NCBI GenBank assembly: GCA_963754655.1
Contig: CAVWGN010000001.1
Span: forward strand, 448,001 to 512,000
Direction: 5' to 3'
Source: an uncultured Chlamydiae bacterium
GTDB lineage: Bacteria; Chlamydiota; Chlamydiia; Chlamydiales; Parachlamydiaceae
DNA: 64,000 nt
How positions within the stretch are numbered: position 1 is the first letter of the stretch; each line of letters begins with the position of its first letter. Shown piece by piece: positions 38,235 to 50,856 of the stretch. Made by a program: the position numbers and the translations under genes. The notes under the pieces were generated by a model, which was not told the DNA's origin, did not search any database, and was given only the letters and a program-made list of their open reading frames with translations.

Positions 38235-38924
38235 ATGCAAAAAACAAAAATTTTATTAATTGAGGATGAAGAGGATATTGCTTCATTAATCAAGTTACAG
38301 GCGGAACTTGCCGGTTATAAAGCGCATGTGGAGGCTGATGGTTTAAATGGCTTGGTGGCTGTTGAACGTGAGAGACCGGATGTGATTGTATTAGATATCA
38401 TGCTTCCAGGACTCAATGGATTAGATGTGTGTCGTAAGATTCGCAGCAATCCTGATTTTAATGCGATTCCGATTATAATTATTTCAGCTAAGAGTGAAGA
38501 GTTGGATGTCGTGTTAGGATTGGAATTAGGAGCCGATGATTATGTTGCCAAGCCTTTTTCTTTAAAAGTTCTCTTTTCCCGCATTAAAGCCGTATTGCGT
38601 AGAGGAAAGGAAACGGAAAAGGAAAGCAAGGTATTGACATTTGGAGATTTTATCATGGAAGTGGATCGCTATCTTTTGCGTAAAAAAGATAAAGCGATTC
38701 CTTTGACACTGTCAGAATTTGGCATTTTACGTCGCTTATTACTTAATCGTGGTAAAGTTTTAACACGCAATCAGCTGTTAGATGATGTTCAAAACGATGA
38801 TGCTTTCATTATTGATCGCAATATTGATGTCCATATTGCTTCTTTGCGCAAGAAATTAGGGCCTAATTTTGAGGGCATTGAAACGGTACGTGGAGTAGGT
38901 TATCGTTTTAAAGATGAAGATTAA
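38235..38924 (+). CDS. OmpR/PhoB-family response regulator (no adjacent kinase)
   Basis: IEDE, LDIMLPG, GADDYVAKPF, IDVHIASLRKKL, TVRGVGYRF. Confidence 0.95.
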   Translation: MQKTKILLIEDEEDIASLIKLQAELAGYKAHVEADGLNGLVAVERERPDVIVLDIMLPGLNGLDVCRKIRSNPDFNAIPIIIISAKSEELDVVLGLELGADDYVAKPFSLKVLFSRIKAVLRRGKETEKESKVLTFGDFIMEVDRYLLRKKDKAIPLTLSEFGILRRLLLNRGKVLTRNQLLDDVQNDDAFIIDRNIDVHIASLRKKLGPNFEGIETVRGVGYRFKDED

Positions 38925-38939
38925 ATAAAAATAAAGCGT

Positions 38940-40343
38940 TTAAGACTTTTCTTCTTTTCTTATTCGCTCTTTTAATACTTGCCAACGGGCCGGATCAAAA
39001 CGAATCCAAGCTGTCTGATGTTTGGAAATTTGCACAAGTCCGGCTTTTCCTTTTCCCAAACGGGACACATATTTGCGTTGTGTAAAGCAAATTTCTCCCT
39101 CTCCTTGCAGGCGCGCTTTGCTATAATAAAGGGCAAGCTGCATGGCATCTTTTAAAGTTTCAGAATCGGGTTCTTGATCTTTGCCCAGGCGAATGATGAC
39201 ATGCGAACCTGAATAGCCTCTGACATGCAGCCACCAATCACGGCCATTAGCTAACTGAAAAGTGAGACGCTCATTGGCTTTGGCGTTTTTTCCAACCCAA
39301 ATTCGCACTCCATTAGTTGAAAGATACTCTTTATAGATAGGGGAAGGGGAAATGGCAGAAGGGATTGTTTGGCTAGTTGGAAGAAAGGAAAGAGTGGATT
39401 TAAAGGCAGCAAGTTCATCGGCTGTCTGGACCAAACTCAACTTTTGCTTTTGCTGCTCCAAAGAATGCAGTTCGGTTTGAATGCGCTTTAAGTATTGAGT
39501 TAAGGGTTCTTGTCCCAGGTGAAGTTTTTTTGCCCGCTTGAAACGCGCTGCCATTTCTTCTTGAGGCGTTTTAGCTGGATTTAATTTTAAATGATAGGGC
39601 TGATCTGTCATCCAATCGTGTACGATAAGAGAGGAGACTCCCTTTTGAATTGAGGCGAAATGCGCTTTGATTAAATCTCCCTCATGTTGAATGTGCGACC
39701 ATTGGGCACACTCTTTTAAATTTTCTGCAATGTCGTGCTCTTTTCTTTTTAGCTTCTTCATCTGTTTAGAAAATTGATGAGTTAAAGCTTGTTTTTCTCT
39801 GTTTAATTCCCATTGTTTTTCTATTTCCTTATACGCCCGATCAACTTCTCGATGGCTAAACCAAGGAGAAGTTTCGGAGGTAAAGGCACGTAGAGGAGGG
39901 AGTAAATAATGCGTTTGAACGAGAGGGTGCAGGGCAAACACAATTTTTCCATCAGGCTGCACCAGATAATAATTGGGATGTTTAGAGAAAAACTCAGCAA
40001 TGAGGCGCCGTTCACCCTGAGGAATAATAAAGGTTAATTGAAGAATGCGGTCGTGTTGAAGGAGACAGGCATTTTTTAAAGTTGCCCCTTTCAAAAAAGC
40101 GGATAAGGGATGTGAAGAGGAAGAATGGGGTGGAAGAGAAGAAGTGAGATGAAAGCGCAGAAAAGGAGGAGTAAAGCAAAAAAAAAGAGTTTCCTGATGA
40201 TTTTTTCCCTGCAAGGTAAGAAAAAAACGACGCAAGTCGTTGGGGAAGCAATTGACAACGGTAAAGTTAGCAACCCGTGCCTGAAGCTCTTTAGAGAGAA
40301 CTTCCATTAAGGCATAATTGAAAACAGGAAGGGGTATTTTCAC
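38940..40343 (-). CDS. NFACT/RqcH (FbpA-like) family protein
   Basis: [39 protein letters not shown]. Confidence 0.88.
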   Translation of the reverse strand: MKIPLPVFNYALMEVLSKELQARVANFTVVNCFPNDLRRFFLTLQGKNHQETLFFCFTPPFLRFHLTSSLPPHSSSSHPLSAFLKGATLKNACLLQHDRILQLTFIIPQGERRLIAEFFSKHPNYYLVQPDGKIVFALHPLVQTHYLLPPLRAFTSETSPWFSHREVDRAYKEIEKQWELNREKQALTHQFSKQMKKLKRKEHDIAENLKECAQWSHIQHEGDLIKAHFASIQKGVSSLIVHDWMTDQPYHLKLNPAKTPQEEMAARFKRAKKLHLGQEPLTQYLKRIQTELHSLEQQKQKLSLVQTADELAAFKSTLSFLPTSQTIPSAISPSPIYKEYLSTNGVRIWVGKNAKANERLTFQLANGRDWWLHVRGYSGSHVIIRLGKDQEPDSETLKDAMQLALYYSKARLQGEGEICFTQRKYVSRLGKGKAGLVQISKHQTAWIRFDPARWQVLKERIRKEEKS

Positions 40344-41542
40344 TCTTCTGTCTTTGGAAAGCTGGAAATCAAAAAAGATTCTTGTTTGATGGCATTAAGT
40401 AAAGCTTGCACTCGATCTGTTTTTTCCCAAGTAAAGTTGGCTTCATTCCGTCCAAAATGCCCTTCAAAAGCGGTTTGACGGTAAATAGGACGTTTGAGAT
40501 CAAGCATGTGAATAATGCCTTTAGGAGTCAGCTGAAAAACTAAGGGAATAATATGACTCAATAAATCTTCGCTAATGACACCTGTTCCAAAAGTGTCGAC
40601 CTTAATTGAAATGGGATGGGGCACTCCAATGGCATAAGATAATTGCACTTCACAACGCCTAGCTAAGTTTGCTGCGACAATATTTTTGGCAATATAGCGA
40701 GCGGCGTAGCAAGCTGATCGATCCACTTTTGATGGATCTTTTCCTGAAAAAGCTCCTCCTCCATGCCGTCCCATGCCTCCATAACTATCGACGATGATTT
40801 TGCGTCCCGTTAAACCACAGTCTCCTGAAGGGCCGCCAATCACAAAGCGTCCGGTAGGGTTGATGTAAAATAAGGTGTTGTTATCAATGAGAGAAGCGGG
40901 AACAATTTGATGCACTAATTCTTTCATGTCTTTGATGATAGTGGCCTGATCTGTTTCTTTAGAATGTTGAGTGGAAATGACTACTGTATGAAGCCGAAGA
41001 GGATGATACTGTTCATCATATTCGATGGTCACTTGTGATTTTGCATCAGGGCGCAGATATTTGAGTATTCCCCTTTGTCGTTTTAAGCGCAAACTGCGCA
41101 CGATTTGATGCGCTAACATAATGGGCAAAGGCATGAATTCAGCTGTTTCATCACAGGCAAAGCCAAACATGAGACCTTGATCCCCCGCTCCTTGTTCTTT
41201 ATAAGAATTTTGCGATTCATTGACACCTTGTGCAATGTCGGGCGACTGTTTATTAATGGAGCACATCACGCCGCAAGATTGAAAGTCGAATCCCAATTGA
41301 GGGTTATCATATCCAATATCTTGAATTGTCTTGCGTACGACATCTTGATAATCAATATGCGCATAAGTTGTAATTTCCCCAGCTAGGACCACAAGTCCGC
41401 GAGTGACAAGAGTTTCGCAGGCTACTCTTGCGTTCGGATCAATGGCTAAGCAGGCATCTAGAATGGCATCAGAAATTTGATCGGCAATTTTATCGGGATG
41501 TCCGATTGAAACCGATTCAGAAGTAAAAAGAAAGTGAGTCAT
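40340..41542 (-). CDS. metK: S-adenosylmethionine synthetase
   Basis: [28 protein letters not shown]. Confidence 0.98.
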   Translation of the reverse strand: MTHFLFTSESVSIGHPDKIADQISDAILDACLAIDPNARVACETLVTRGLVVLAGEITTYAHIDYQDVVRKTIQDIGYDNPQLGFDFQSCGVMCSINKQSPDIAQGVNESQNSYKEQGAGDQGLMFGFACDETAEFMPLPIMLAHQIVRSLRLKRQRGILKYLRPDAKSQVTIEYDEQYHPLRLHTVVISTQHSKETDQATIIKDMKELVHQIVPASLIDNNTLFYINPTGRFVIGGPSGDCGLTGRKIIVDSYGGMGRHGGGAFSGKDPSKVDRSACYAARYIAKNIVAANLARRCEVQLSYAIGVPHPISIKVDTFGTGVISEDLLSHIIPLVFQLTPKGIIHMLDLKRPIYRQTAFEGHFGRNEANFTWEKTDRVQALLNAIKQESFLISSFPKTEE

Positions 41543-41632
41543 GAATTTTTTCTCTAATGATTTTTGTTTAGAGTTATCATAAGAGAATTAAATAGCATTT
41601 TGCAATTCATTTATCTCAAAGTGTAACAAACC

Positions 41633-42664
41633 TCAAGGAAAGAATCCCTCTTCAAAAAAGAAAGAAGTTGTCCATAAAAGTTCTCCTAATCTCTCATAAA
41701 ATTCCTCTTTTTTTTGTAAATAAAAAGAACGATTCTTCAATCCTATTGAATGAAGTTGTTGAGGGGACAATTTTAGAAGAGATTGAATTTGATTCTCCAA
41801 TAAGACAGGATCAACGTAATAATTGATAGCTAAAAACCAAGGTTCTGAATGAGCATAAGGAACTAAACAGCGCGCATCGTGGATAAATTCGTTCATAGGT
41901 GGAGCATCTGTTGTTAAGACTACGGCACCTGTTGATAAGGCTTCCATAATAGAGTGTCCAAAGCCTTCAGTTTCACTTGGACATAAATGAATGCCGCATT
42001 GATTTTGAAGGGTGCGCAATTCTTTTTCAGGAATTCGATAGGGAATCCATTCGAGGTTGGATTGCGTAGAAGCAAAATCAGTTGGATATTTAATAACAGT
42101 TAAAAGGGGAAAATGAGGAGATGAAAGCCAGATATTTAAAATGGGAATCGTTCCTTTTTGAAGGCTTCCTCCTGCCAAATGGAAAAAATGGGAATAATCT
42201 TTTTTGACTTCTTTTCGATAACAATCAGGGCTTGTAAAGCCTATATAATAGGTTTGCTTATTCAATGCTTTGAAAATTCTTTCGATTTCTTTTGTACGAC
42301 ATAAGACTAAATCAATCTTATTGATTAAATCAATTGTCTGTTTATACCATTCAGGATTGGGAATAAACCAATTCAAATGGGCCCAATGATATTTCTCAGG
42401 GCACAAAATTTGAAAAAAAATATTGATGTGCGCACGGCGCTTTTTTGTTTCTTCGAAACTGACAAATTTGACAGAACAACCATATTGCTCTAATGCTTCT
42501 TTAAGAACTTTGAGATCGGTTTCCAATCCTCTACCATTATTTTCGCCGATAAGATTGATTTTTAGTGGCGTGGGAAGAATTTGATTTTCGGAAATAGCAA
42601 AGAGTGCGCAGAAAGAGAAAAGAAAGACAAATAATAAGGCTACAAAAGAAATTTTCTTATTCAT
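41633..42664 (-). CDS. GT-B (family 4-like) glycosyltransferase with signal peptide
   Basis: CPSETEGFGHSIMEALSTGAVVLTTD; N-terminus MNKKISF..LFA|I. Confidence 0.82.
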   Translation of the reverse strand: MNKKISFVALLFVFLFSFCALFAISENQILPTPLKINLIGENNGRGLETDLKVLKEALEQYGCSVKFVSFEETKKRRAHINIFFQILCPEKYHWAHLNWFIPNPEWYKQTIDLINKIDLVLCRTKEIERIFKALNKQTYYIGFTSPDCYRKEVKKDYSHFFHLAGGSLQKGTIPILNIWLSSPHFPLLTVIKYPTDFASTQSNLEWIPYRIPEKELRTLQNQCGIHLCPSETEGFGHSIMEALSTGAVVLTTDAPPMNEFIHDARCLVPYAHSEPWFLAINYYVDPVLLENQIQSLLKLSPQQLHSIGLKNRSFYLQKKEEFYERLGELLWTTSFFFEEGFFP

Positions 42665-43204
42665 TTTTAGTTTATAGCTTAAATTGTTAAGAAAGCATCC
42701 CAGAACTGAGAAATATTCAGTTCTCTCTATCCAAGTTAAAAATAGCAGGATTCCTTTAATAAAATAAAGAAGAATTCTGCAACTAATTTCCAAAAAAATA
42801 TTTAAGGATTGGACTAATTATTTTGTCTTTGGCCCACGCAGTTTTATAATCAACTTATAAAACATTGCTAAATATGGGAGTGCGTTGGGGGTTGATGAAA
42901 ATGCCGTAAAACGAACTTCATCAAGTTCCAACGCACTGCTAAATCGAAAAATATCTATATTTGACAATTTTTTTAAAGCAACTTTTTCAATTTAAAATAC
43001 TTAAAGATTTAGGATTGAAAAATGGGAATAATAAATCTTGAAATATATATGAAAAAATCATAACTTTCTAAAAAATTAATTTTCATTTGTTTTGGGCAGA
43101 ACATCTTACGATATACCAAATTGAAGTCAAAAATGGAAATTTCGGCTTGGCTAAAGCCAATATCATTAATTTAAAGGTAATGAATTGATACGAAGCGGTA
43201 TTGG

Positions 43205-43699
43205 GCGTGTCTTAAAACCTTAGGGCAGAGGAACTGGACTAGTAATCTATTACATTTTTAAACTTTTCCTATACGTTAAGTTAAAAGATGAGCTTAGGTT
43301 AAGCGACGCATTCAGTCGCCGCGCCGCTTCGCTCCGGGCTTTAGGTGAGGGGTGTGGGACCCACCGTTCGGTCGTCCTCCGGGCTCGGCATGGTGGACTA
43401 GTATTAGTCGTCTTACGGACTCTACGGCAATGTAGAAGTCATTGAATGCTAGGCAAGGCGTTTTGATCATGCCCCTAGAGTCCGTAGGACGACTGATACT
43501 AGCCCACCGTGACCGAGCCCGGAGGGCGACCGAACGGTGGGTCCCACACCCCTCACCTAGAGCCCAGAGCGAAGCGGCGCGGCGACTGAATGCGTCGCTA
43601 GCCTAAGCTCATCTCTTAGCTTAATGCATAGGAGAGGTTTAAAGCCGTCTCCATTATGAAAAAACCGCTGTAAATGGGTAATAGTTTTTTAAGACACGC
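43205..43699. repeat. Palindromic element family C, copy 2, with outer inverted ends
   Basis: Core arms at about 43258-43643 are homologous to 19991-20381; outer IR GCGTGTCTTAAAA/TTTTAAGACACGC. Confidence 0.82.
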
Positions 43700-43819
43700 T
43701 AAGCGAGTGAGTGAGTCTAGGATATGCTGCACCGCCTTCGGTTATGTCAATATAAGTAGATGCATTAAAGATAATAGAGAGATCTTCAGTGAAATTAAAG
43801 CATGAAAATCCAAATTTAC

Positions 43820-44294
43820 CATATGCGCCGTAAAGCCCCGTCCTTCGAGGCTGACAGGAAATTGATAATTTCGGACTTATAACTTATCTTAATTGGTCTT
43901 GAGTATATTGTGAGTGGTTTCAAAAATTATTTAAAGCCTGAAATTATCAATTTCCTGTCAGTCTCTTCAGGATGGGAATATAAGGCGCAAAATTTCCAAA
44001 ATGCGCTTTAGCATTTTGGAAATTTTAATCTAGTGGCATTTTTTGATTTTCGATATATTGTTTAATGATTGAAATTGGCGCTCCGCCACAAGAGGCTGCA
44101 AAGTCACTTGAAGACCATAGCATGCCCTTCCAGTACGGGCCAAATAACGTGTTGGCGGCCGGGCAGGCCGCGTCGGCCTGTGGATCGAATCTCAATAGAG
44201 ATCGCAAGCAGGAACTAGTAGAAATCCGCGAGGAAGGTCTACTTCTTAAGTTAGCTTAAGGAATCCTCCACATTTATGCGGAGGAGGATGTCAA
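43820..44294. mobile_element. Internally deleted IS605-group element (tnpA and tnpB 3' remnants, both ends retained)
   Basis: Left-end hairpin GTAAAGCCCCGTCCTTC/AGGATGGG; TnpA tail LWSSSDFAASCGGAPISIIKQYIENQ (minus, 44025-44135); TnpB-like tail NVLAAGQAASACG..KQE (plus); right-end hairpin ATCCTCC..GGAGGAT ending TCAA. Confidence 0.8.
43847..43965. mobile_element. 119-bp MITE inserted in the IS605 left end
   Basis: 28-bp TIR GAGGCTGACAGGAAATTGATAATTTCGG (26/28 match); TTC duplicated on both sides. Confidence 0.8.
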
Positions 44295-44335
44295 CTTAAG
44301 ATTGCATATGAGCAATCGCTAAAGAAACGGCAAAA

Positions 44336-45451
44336 ATGAATAGAATTCTTTATTATTTTATAAGCATCCTCTTCACATTAAATGCTATACAAGCAAGCTT
44401 ACCGTCAGATGAAAATACACAAAAAAAAGCGTTGATTTTTGGAGTGACGGGTCAAGATGGACATTACCTTACTGAATTGCTATTAAATAAAAACTATGAA
44501 GTTCATGGTGTTGCAAGGCATGCCCCTTTGCTAGCTAAAACTTCTAGTCAACAATCCAATCAAGATCATTTTTACTTTCACATAGGGGATATTACCAATT
44601 ACTCTCATTTGATTCATTTGATTGGAACAATTCGCCCTGATGAAATCTATAATTTAGCAGCTCAAACTCATGTACAAGCTTCATTTGAATACCCCGAGGA
44701 TACTGCTCAGATTAATGCTTTAGGGACTCTTCGAATTTTGGAGGCAGTGAGGATCTTAGATCTCGAGAAAAAAGTGAAATTTTTCCAAGCCTCTTCCAGT
44801 GAATTGTATGGTCTTGCACAAGAGACGCCGCAAACAGAAAAGACTCCTTTTTATCCTCGCTCACCTTATGGAGTTGCTAAGTTGTATGGCTATTGGATTA
44901 CCGTGAATTATAGAGAATCTTATGACATATTTGCTTGCAATGGAATTTTATTTAACCATGAATCTCCTTTAAGGAATGAAACATTTGTTACGCGCAAGAT
45001 TACCTTGGCAGCTTGCCGACATAAATTAGGGCTGCAAGATGTTCTTTATTTAGGAAATCTAGATGCTAAACGTGATTGGGGATATGCGAAGGACTATGTG
45101 GAGGCCATGTGGTTAATGCTACAACATGAAAAATCTGATGATTATATTATTTCGACAGGTGAAGGATATTCCGTGCGTGAATTTGTTGAACTTGCCTTTA
45201 AAGAACTTGATATTGAAATAGAATGGCGAGGAGAAGGTGTAGAAGAACAGGGAATTGATAAAAAGACAGGAGAAGTCCTCGTAAAAATTGATTCCAAATA
45301 CTATCGCCCAACTGAAGTGACTTATCTTTTAGGCAAAGCTGAAAAAGCTGAAAAAATCCTTAAATGGAAACCCAAAACAAGTTTTAAGGAACTTGTCAAA
45401 ATCATGATTGATGCAGACTATCAAAAAGCATTGAACGAAAAAGCGATGTGA
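44336..45451 (+). CDS. gmd: GDP-mannose 4,6-dehydratase, copy 1, with signal-peptide-like extension
   Basis: [43 protein letters not shown]. Confidence 0.92.
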   Translation: MNRILYYFISILFTLNAIQASLPSDENTQKKALIFGVTGQDGHYLTELLLNKNYEVHGVARHAPLLAKTSSQQSNQDHFYFHIGDITNYSHLIHLIGTIRPDEIYNLAAQTHVQASFEYPEDTAQINALGTLRILEAVRILDLEKKVKFFQASSSELYGLAQETPQTEKTPFYPRSPYGVAKLYGYWITVNYRESYDIFACNGILFNHESPLRNETFVTRKITLAACRHKLGLQDVLYLGNLDAKRDWGYAKDYVEAMWLMLQHEKSDDYIISTGEGYSVREFVELAFKELDIEIEWRGEGVEEQGIDKKTGEVLVKIDSKYYRPTEVTYLLGKAEKAEKILKWKPKTSFKELVKIMIDADYQKALNEKAM

Positions 45452-45501
45452 TTTTGTTAAATTTTGAAATATTTATTCTTAACCCTCTCTGAGTAACAAA
45501 T

Positions 45502-46677
45502 ATGTTATTTTATCCTTTTTTCTTTACGCTAGCATGTCTCATTTTTAACTTAACAAATGTATTTGCAAATCATCAAACAATAGACGATGAAAGCAATCAA
45601 CCTAAAAAAGCGATCATTTTTGGCATCACAGGCCAAGATGGTGCTTATCTTACAGAATTCCTTCTAAACAAAAACTATGAAGTTCATGGTGTAATTAGGC
45701 GCTCTTCTTTAGCAAATACCACTCGTCTTGAGTCCTTTATTCAAGATTCAGCAACCTTTAATAAAAGCCTTTTTTTACATTATGGTGACCTAACAGACTC
45801 TATGAGTATTTTTGATCTTATTCAAAGAGTTCAACCGGATGAGATCTACAATTTAGCAGCCCAAAGTCATGTCAGAGTTTCTTTTGATCTTCCTGAATAT
45901 ACAGCAGAAGTAGATGCTCTTGGGACATTGCGTATTTTGGAAACAATTAAGCTATTAAATCTTTCAACAAAAGTAAAATTTTATCAAGCTTCAACAAGTG
46001 AACTCTATGGGCTTGTGCAAGAGACGCCTCAAACAGAAACGACTCCTTTTTATCCTCGCTCACCTTATGGAGTAGCCAAGCTCTATGGCTATTGGATCAC
46101 TGTGAATTATAGAGAATCTTATGGCATATTTGCTTGTAATGGAATTTTATTTAACCATGAATCTCCTCTTAGGGGAGAAACATTTGTTACGCGCAAAATT
46201 ACCTTGGCAGCTTGCCGTCATAAATTAGGGATGCAAGATGTTCTTTATTTAGGAAATCTGGATGCTAAGCGCGATTGGGGATATGCTAAAGACTATGTAG
46301 AGGCTATGTGGCTCATGCTGCAGCAAGATGTACCCAATGACTATGTCATCGCGACAGGCGAAGCACATTCAGTGCGTGAATTTGTTGAGCTTGCTTTTAA
46401 AGAACTTGACATTGGAATAGAGTGGCAAGGAGAAGGCGTAGAAGAGCAGGGTATTGATAAAAAAACAGGAAAAGCCATCGTAAAAATTGATCCTAGGTAT
46501 TACCGCCCAAGTGAAGTTGATTTTCTTTTAGGAAAGGCTGATAAAGCAGAAAAGATGCTTAAGTGGAAGCCTAAAACAAGTTTTAAGGAACTTGTCAAAA
46601 TTATGGTAGAAGCCGATTATAAAATAGGATTAAAGGAAAGAATGTTTATATTGAATGAGCATCCAATAGTATATTAA
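45502..46677 (+). CDS. gmd: GDP-mannose 4,6-dehydratase, copy 2, with signal-peptide-like extension
   Basis: [46 protein letters not shown]. Confidence 0.96.
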   Translation: MLFYPFFFTLACLIFNLTNVFANHQTIDDESNQPKKAIIFGITGQDGAYLTEFLLNKNYEVHGVIRRSSLANTTRLESFIQDSATFNKSLFLHYGDLTDSMSIFDLIQRVQPDEIYNLAAQSHVRVSFDLPEYTAEVDALGTLRILETIKLLNLSTKVKFYQASTSELYGLVQETPQTETTPFYPRSPYGVAKLYGYWITVNYRESYGIFACNGILFNHESPLRGETFVTRKITLAACRHKLGMQDVLYLGNLDAKRDWGYAKDYVEAMWLMLQQDVPNDYVIATGEAHSVREFVELAFKELDIGIEWQGEGVEEQGIDKKTGKAIVKIDPRYYRPSEVDFLLGKADKAEKMLKWKPKTSFKELVKIMVEADYKIGLKERMFILNEHPIVY

Positions 46678-47702
46678 CAATAAATATGTCAATAGCATTC
46701 CCTGTTAAGTGAATTAAAATTTATAAATGAAAGTAGACCAATAATTGGAGGAGCAGCAATAATGGATAGTTAATGATTATGGTCTACAAAACAAGAACTA
46801 TTTTGAGCGGAGAATACGTAGAAGCTTAAGCGGTTTTTTTCAGAAGGTGCAGTAGTTTTTATTCCTCATTTATATTTTTATTGAGTATTTTGGCTCTTTT
46901 TATCTTTCTGCTTTATTAGTCTTACTTTGGCTTTTGGAAGAAAAAAGATAAATTCCAAACTATAAAACTTATTGTCTTTCTGGCATTCTTTTCAAATTTG
47001 ATTTTTTTCTCAAGTTGTTTGTTGTATTTTTCGCGTGCCTAAATGTAGTACGTATCTTTAACTTATATAGTTCAACAGATTAAGAAATTTAAATTCTCAA
47101 GCAATAACGCTTCTTAGCGCTAAGGATGATCTTCTATATTGTTGAAAATGCCGAGAAAATCAGTCTTTGTTTACACTCATAAAATAGTTGATTAACGATT
47201 TTGCGAACTTATTGCAAAAGTATAAATTTTTATTCATTTACAAAGATTCAAGAGATCGAATTATTTCATATATTTATTTGCTAAGCGATTGAAGGAGGAG
47301 CATCCTTTTTATTCTCTTGATTTTCTAGAATAAAGACACAAATTGAAAAACTTAATTATAGGCCATATATGGTAATTCCCTGTATAGATTTCACCATAAT
47401 ATTCTTTTAAAACTGCGCATCGATTAAGTCATAATGTTTGAAGTACAAGATTTGAACATTGCTAAGTCCTCTAAGGGGAAGCCTTGATAAGCAAGGCAAA
47501 ACAATATTTAAAATTGCAAACTTTTCCGATTTATATTTAACATCTGATCAAGCCAAGAAATAGGAGAAAAATCTTAGGGTTTTCTTTAACATTTAGAAAA
47601 GCAATTATTGGACAAGGGAGAGAATACTTTACTTCTAGACACATTTAACTTTATAAAGAAAATATGTAATCTTTAATTTAATGGGAATATGAAAATCTTT
47701 TA

Positions 47703-49201
47703 GTAATTACTCAGGTCTGCTTAGAGATTAAGTTAAGACTGTGGAAGAAAAATGACTAAAGGATTATCGATAAAAGCTTGTTCTATAGCTTTTAAAATTT
47801 TGAATCCTCTCTTAAGAGCGGTAGAAATAAAGCTTCGCAAGAGGCAAAATATTTTTGCGAAATAGGGTGAACGAAAGCAACCAGAGACCTTCATTTTGAG
47901 TTTCATCATTCGAAGATCGCGTTCGGCTAAGTTATTATCAAATGGAATATTCTTATTTCCTAAAAAGCGCAGCGTTTCTATTTTAACATTTTTCAATCGA
48001 TTAAGTAAATTTTTAGCTTTAGATTGTGCCTATTGTGCAGGACCGGTTTCTTCATATTCTTTAAAACCCCTTTCCAAGATGGCTTCGTACTTTGCTTCAA
48101 ATTCTTTTTGCTTAAGTTGTCTCTCTTCACTTTTATTAATTTCTTGCAATAGCTCCTTCATGTCTTTTGCCCACTTTAGTTTTGTCGTTTCAAAGGCTGC
48201 CTCAAGCTCTCTTAAATGATGAGCGTGGCAAAGAGAATGCTGGCAATCAAACTTAAAGTAAGGAGCATAGTGATCGTGTACAAGAACGCCTCTAAAACTC
48301 GGTAATACATCCATTTCAACCATTGCCAGGTAGCTTCTTCTCGGATGGGCAAAAAATAGCGTTGAGTCTTTAGTTGAGGCAACATGCAACCAAAAAAGTT
48401 GCTTATTTACTTTTAAAGCGGTTTCATCTGCATGCAAAATAGAAGATGTTTTAAGCTTTTTCCTTGAGAATTGCTTCAAAGCTTTGTTAATTTTTAGCTG
48501 TTAATTTTTCCACTCTGAATAAGGAAGCTTGGCTGAGGGTATGGCCAAAAACATCTTGGCAAAACTCTTGTACCCTTTGTGCTGAAACAAAATGATAATT
48601 ATGTAGATAGATAAGTAAGGATTTAAAATGTGGACCGTACTGCACGGGGGCACTTATTTCTTTGGATATACAAGGACGACAAATGGTCTGACAATAGGGA
48701 CATTGAATTTCATGAATATGGTGATCTGTTATCTTAATGCAAAGCTCTGGTATTTCAAACACTTGAGTCTTTGTAATTTGTCTATTAACTTGTTCTACAT
48801 TTTGCCCACATTGAGGGCAGTCTTTTACTTTGTACTCTTTAATTTCATCGGGTGTTTGTGAAGTCTTAAGAGTTCAGCCTTTATGTCCGATTTGTCCCCG
48901 CTTTTCTTGTCACTTTTAGGCTTTTTAGCTACAAATTTTTTAAAAACATCACTAGAAGGCGGCTTCTGACTATTGCTACTATTTCGATTAATTCTTTCCT
49001 CTAAAGCTTTCACTTTCATCTCTAGTTGATGCACTAATTCTTTTAACTTTTGATTCTCTTTCCAAAGAATCAGAATCAATGTATCTTTTTGTTCAGAGGT
49101 TAATTTAGTTAAATCCGGAAGCTTATCCATGCTTAACTCTCTTAATAGAATCTAATTAATTCTATTATAACAGTTTAAGCTTTTTGTGCCTAAGTAGTTA
49201 C
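47703..49201 (-). mobile_element. IS66-family element with frameshifted transposase
   Basis: TIRs GTAATTACTCAGG/CCTAAGTAGTTAC; 8-bp flanks ATCTTTTA/ATTTTTTA; NSSNSQKPPSSD, HADET, CHAHHLREL, PFDNNLAERDLR..K.K.SGCFRS. Confidence 0.9.
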
Positions 49202-49245
49202 ATTTTTTATAGGTAAATTTTCAACGATAAAATATAGAAATAAGC

Positions 49246-50740
49246 GTAACTACTCGGGCTATCAAAATAATTCTATAATTTGTGTATAATAGAGGAGGAT
49301 AACTTGATGGTTTTTTTATGGAAGAGCTCCCCCCTTAATCAATTATCTTTAGAGCAGAAAGATCTGTTGATTATTGAATTATTTGCGTTAGTAAAAGAAT
49401 TAAGAGAAAAAATAGCTTTCTTAGAGAGGAAAAACGCAGAGTTAAAAGCCAAGCTATCTTCTAATAGCCGAAATAGTCACAAGCCACCACCTTCAAGTGA
49501 TGGATTTAAAAAGCCAAAAAGTCTTAGATCCAAGAGTGAAAGACTCAGCGGAGCGCAAAAAGGGCACCTTGGCCATACATTAAAAGAAAGCGATCATCCC
49601 GATCGGGGGAATAGGCATCCCATAAAAAAAATGCCCTCATTGCGCCAGAAGTCTTGGAGAGGAAAATCATTTATATTGGAAAAAAGGCTCAAGTCTTTGA
49701 TATTCTATAACTAAAGATAGAAATAGAAGAATGTTTTTGCCTCAATTGTCAAAAGAGTTGCTCAGCGAACTTCCCTTCAGGAATGCGATTTATGGCCTAA
49801 GAATACAAGCTTTTCTCATCTATTTGAGAGACTATCACTACTTACCAAGTGAACGCACAGTCGAATTTTTTCAAGATGTTTTTCAGCACACTTTAAGCGA
49901 AGGTGTTATCTATCAAGCAGAAATGAATTGTAATGACCATTTAGAAGAGTTCGAAAAGCTGCTAAAGAATGCTTTAAAAGAGGCTCCGTTAAATCATGCA
50001 GATAAGACAACTTTAAGATTAAAAAAAATCATTGGCTACATGTTTTATCTAATCCTTGGTCAACCTATCTTTATATTCACAAAAAACGAGGTGGGAGGCG
50101 ATGGATGAAATAGATATTCTTTCTCACTTTCTTGGAATTCTGGTTCACAATCATTTTAAGCCTTACTTTAAATATGGCTATGAGCATTCATTATGCAATG
50201 CCCATCACTTAAGAGAACTGCAAGCAGTTTTTGATGATACCGGCCATTCATGGGCAGATTTAATGCAAATGTTACTTAAAGAAATTAAAGATACAAAAGA
50301 AACAAAAAGGCTTCTTGCGACTAACAAGAGAGTTTTTCAGACGAATATGATAGACTAATCAATCTTGGATACAAAGAACAAAAGAGCGCTCGCCGCCTTG
50401 TCGCCCAAAAGAGATCTGCTTGCTCGATCGCCTTAAATCTTATAAAACCCCAACTCTTCTTTTTATGTACAAAGAAGAAGTGTCATTTGATAATAACCAA
50501 GCGGAAAGAGACATTCGTATGATGAAACTCAAGATGAAAATAGCTGGGTGTTTCCGCAGTCAACAAGCAGCAAAAGCTTTCTGTCTAATTCGAAGTTATA
50601 TTTTCACCATGAAAAAAAATGGTATGGCTGTATTTCAATTTTTGGCGGATGTCTTTCATCCACCCTCTTCAGATTTCTTCTCAAGTATTCGCTTTTATTA
50701 AATTTGTCAAATCACAAATTATTACAACCTAATTATTTAC
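49246..50740 (+). mobile_element. Second IS66-family element with frameshifted transposase
   Basis: Starts GTAACTACTCGGG, ends CCTAATTATTTAC; flanks [49 protein letters not shown]. Confidence 0.88.
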
Positions 50741-50856
50741 TAATAAGCGCTAATATTGCTTGACTTAATATGGAACCATTTACCATATATCTCTCTACAG
50801 GCGTTAATTTTTTCACACTTGCCCAAGTTTTCAGAATTCAAACAAGAAGGGGGTAT

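Noticed and set aside
42879..42937. Isolated hairpin upstream of the GT4 gene, and an imperfect palindrome at about 52530-52625
   Set aside because: Single copies with no recognisable riboswitch or repeat family; function cannot be supported
46680..47700. 1-kb AT-rich gap after gmd2 as a possible hidden gene (e.g. fcl)
   Set aside because: No ORF of 60 aa or more in the track and no recognisable protein motifs
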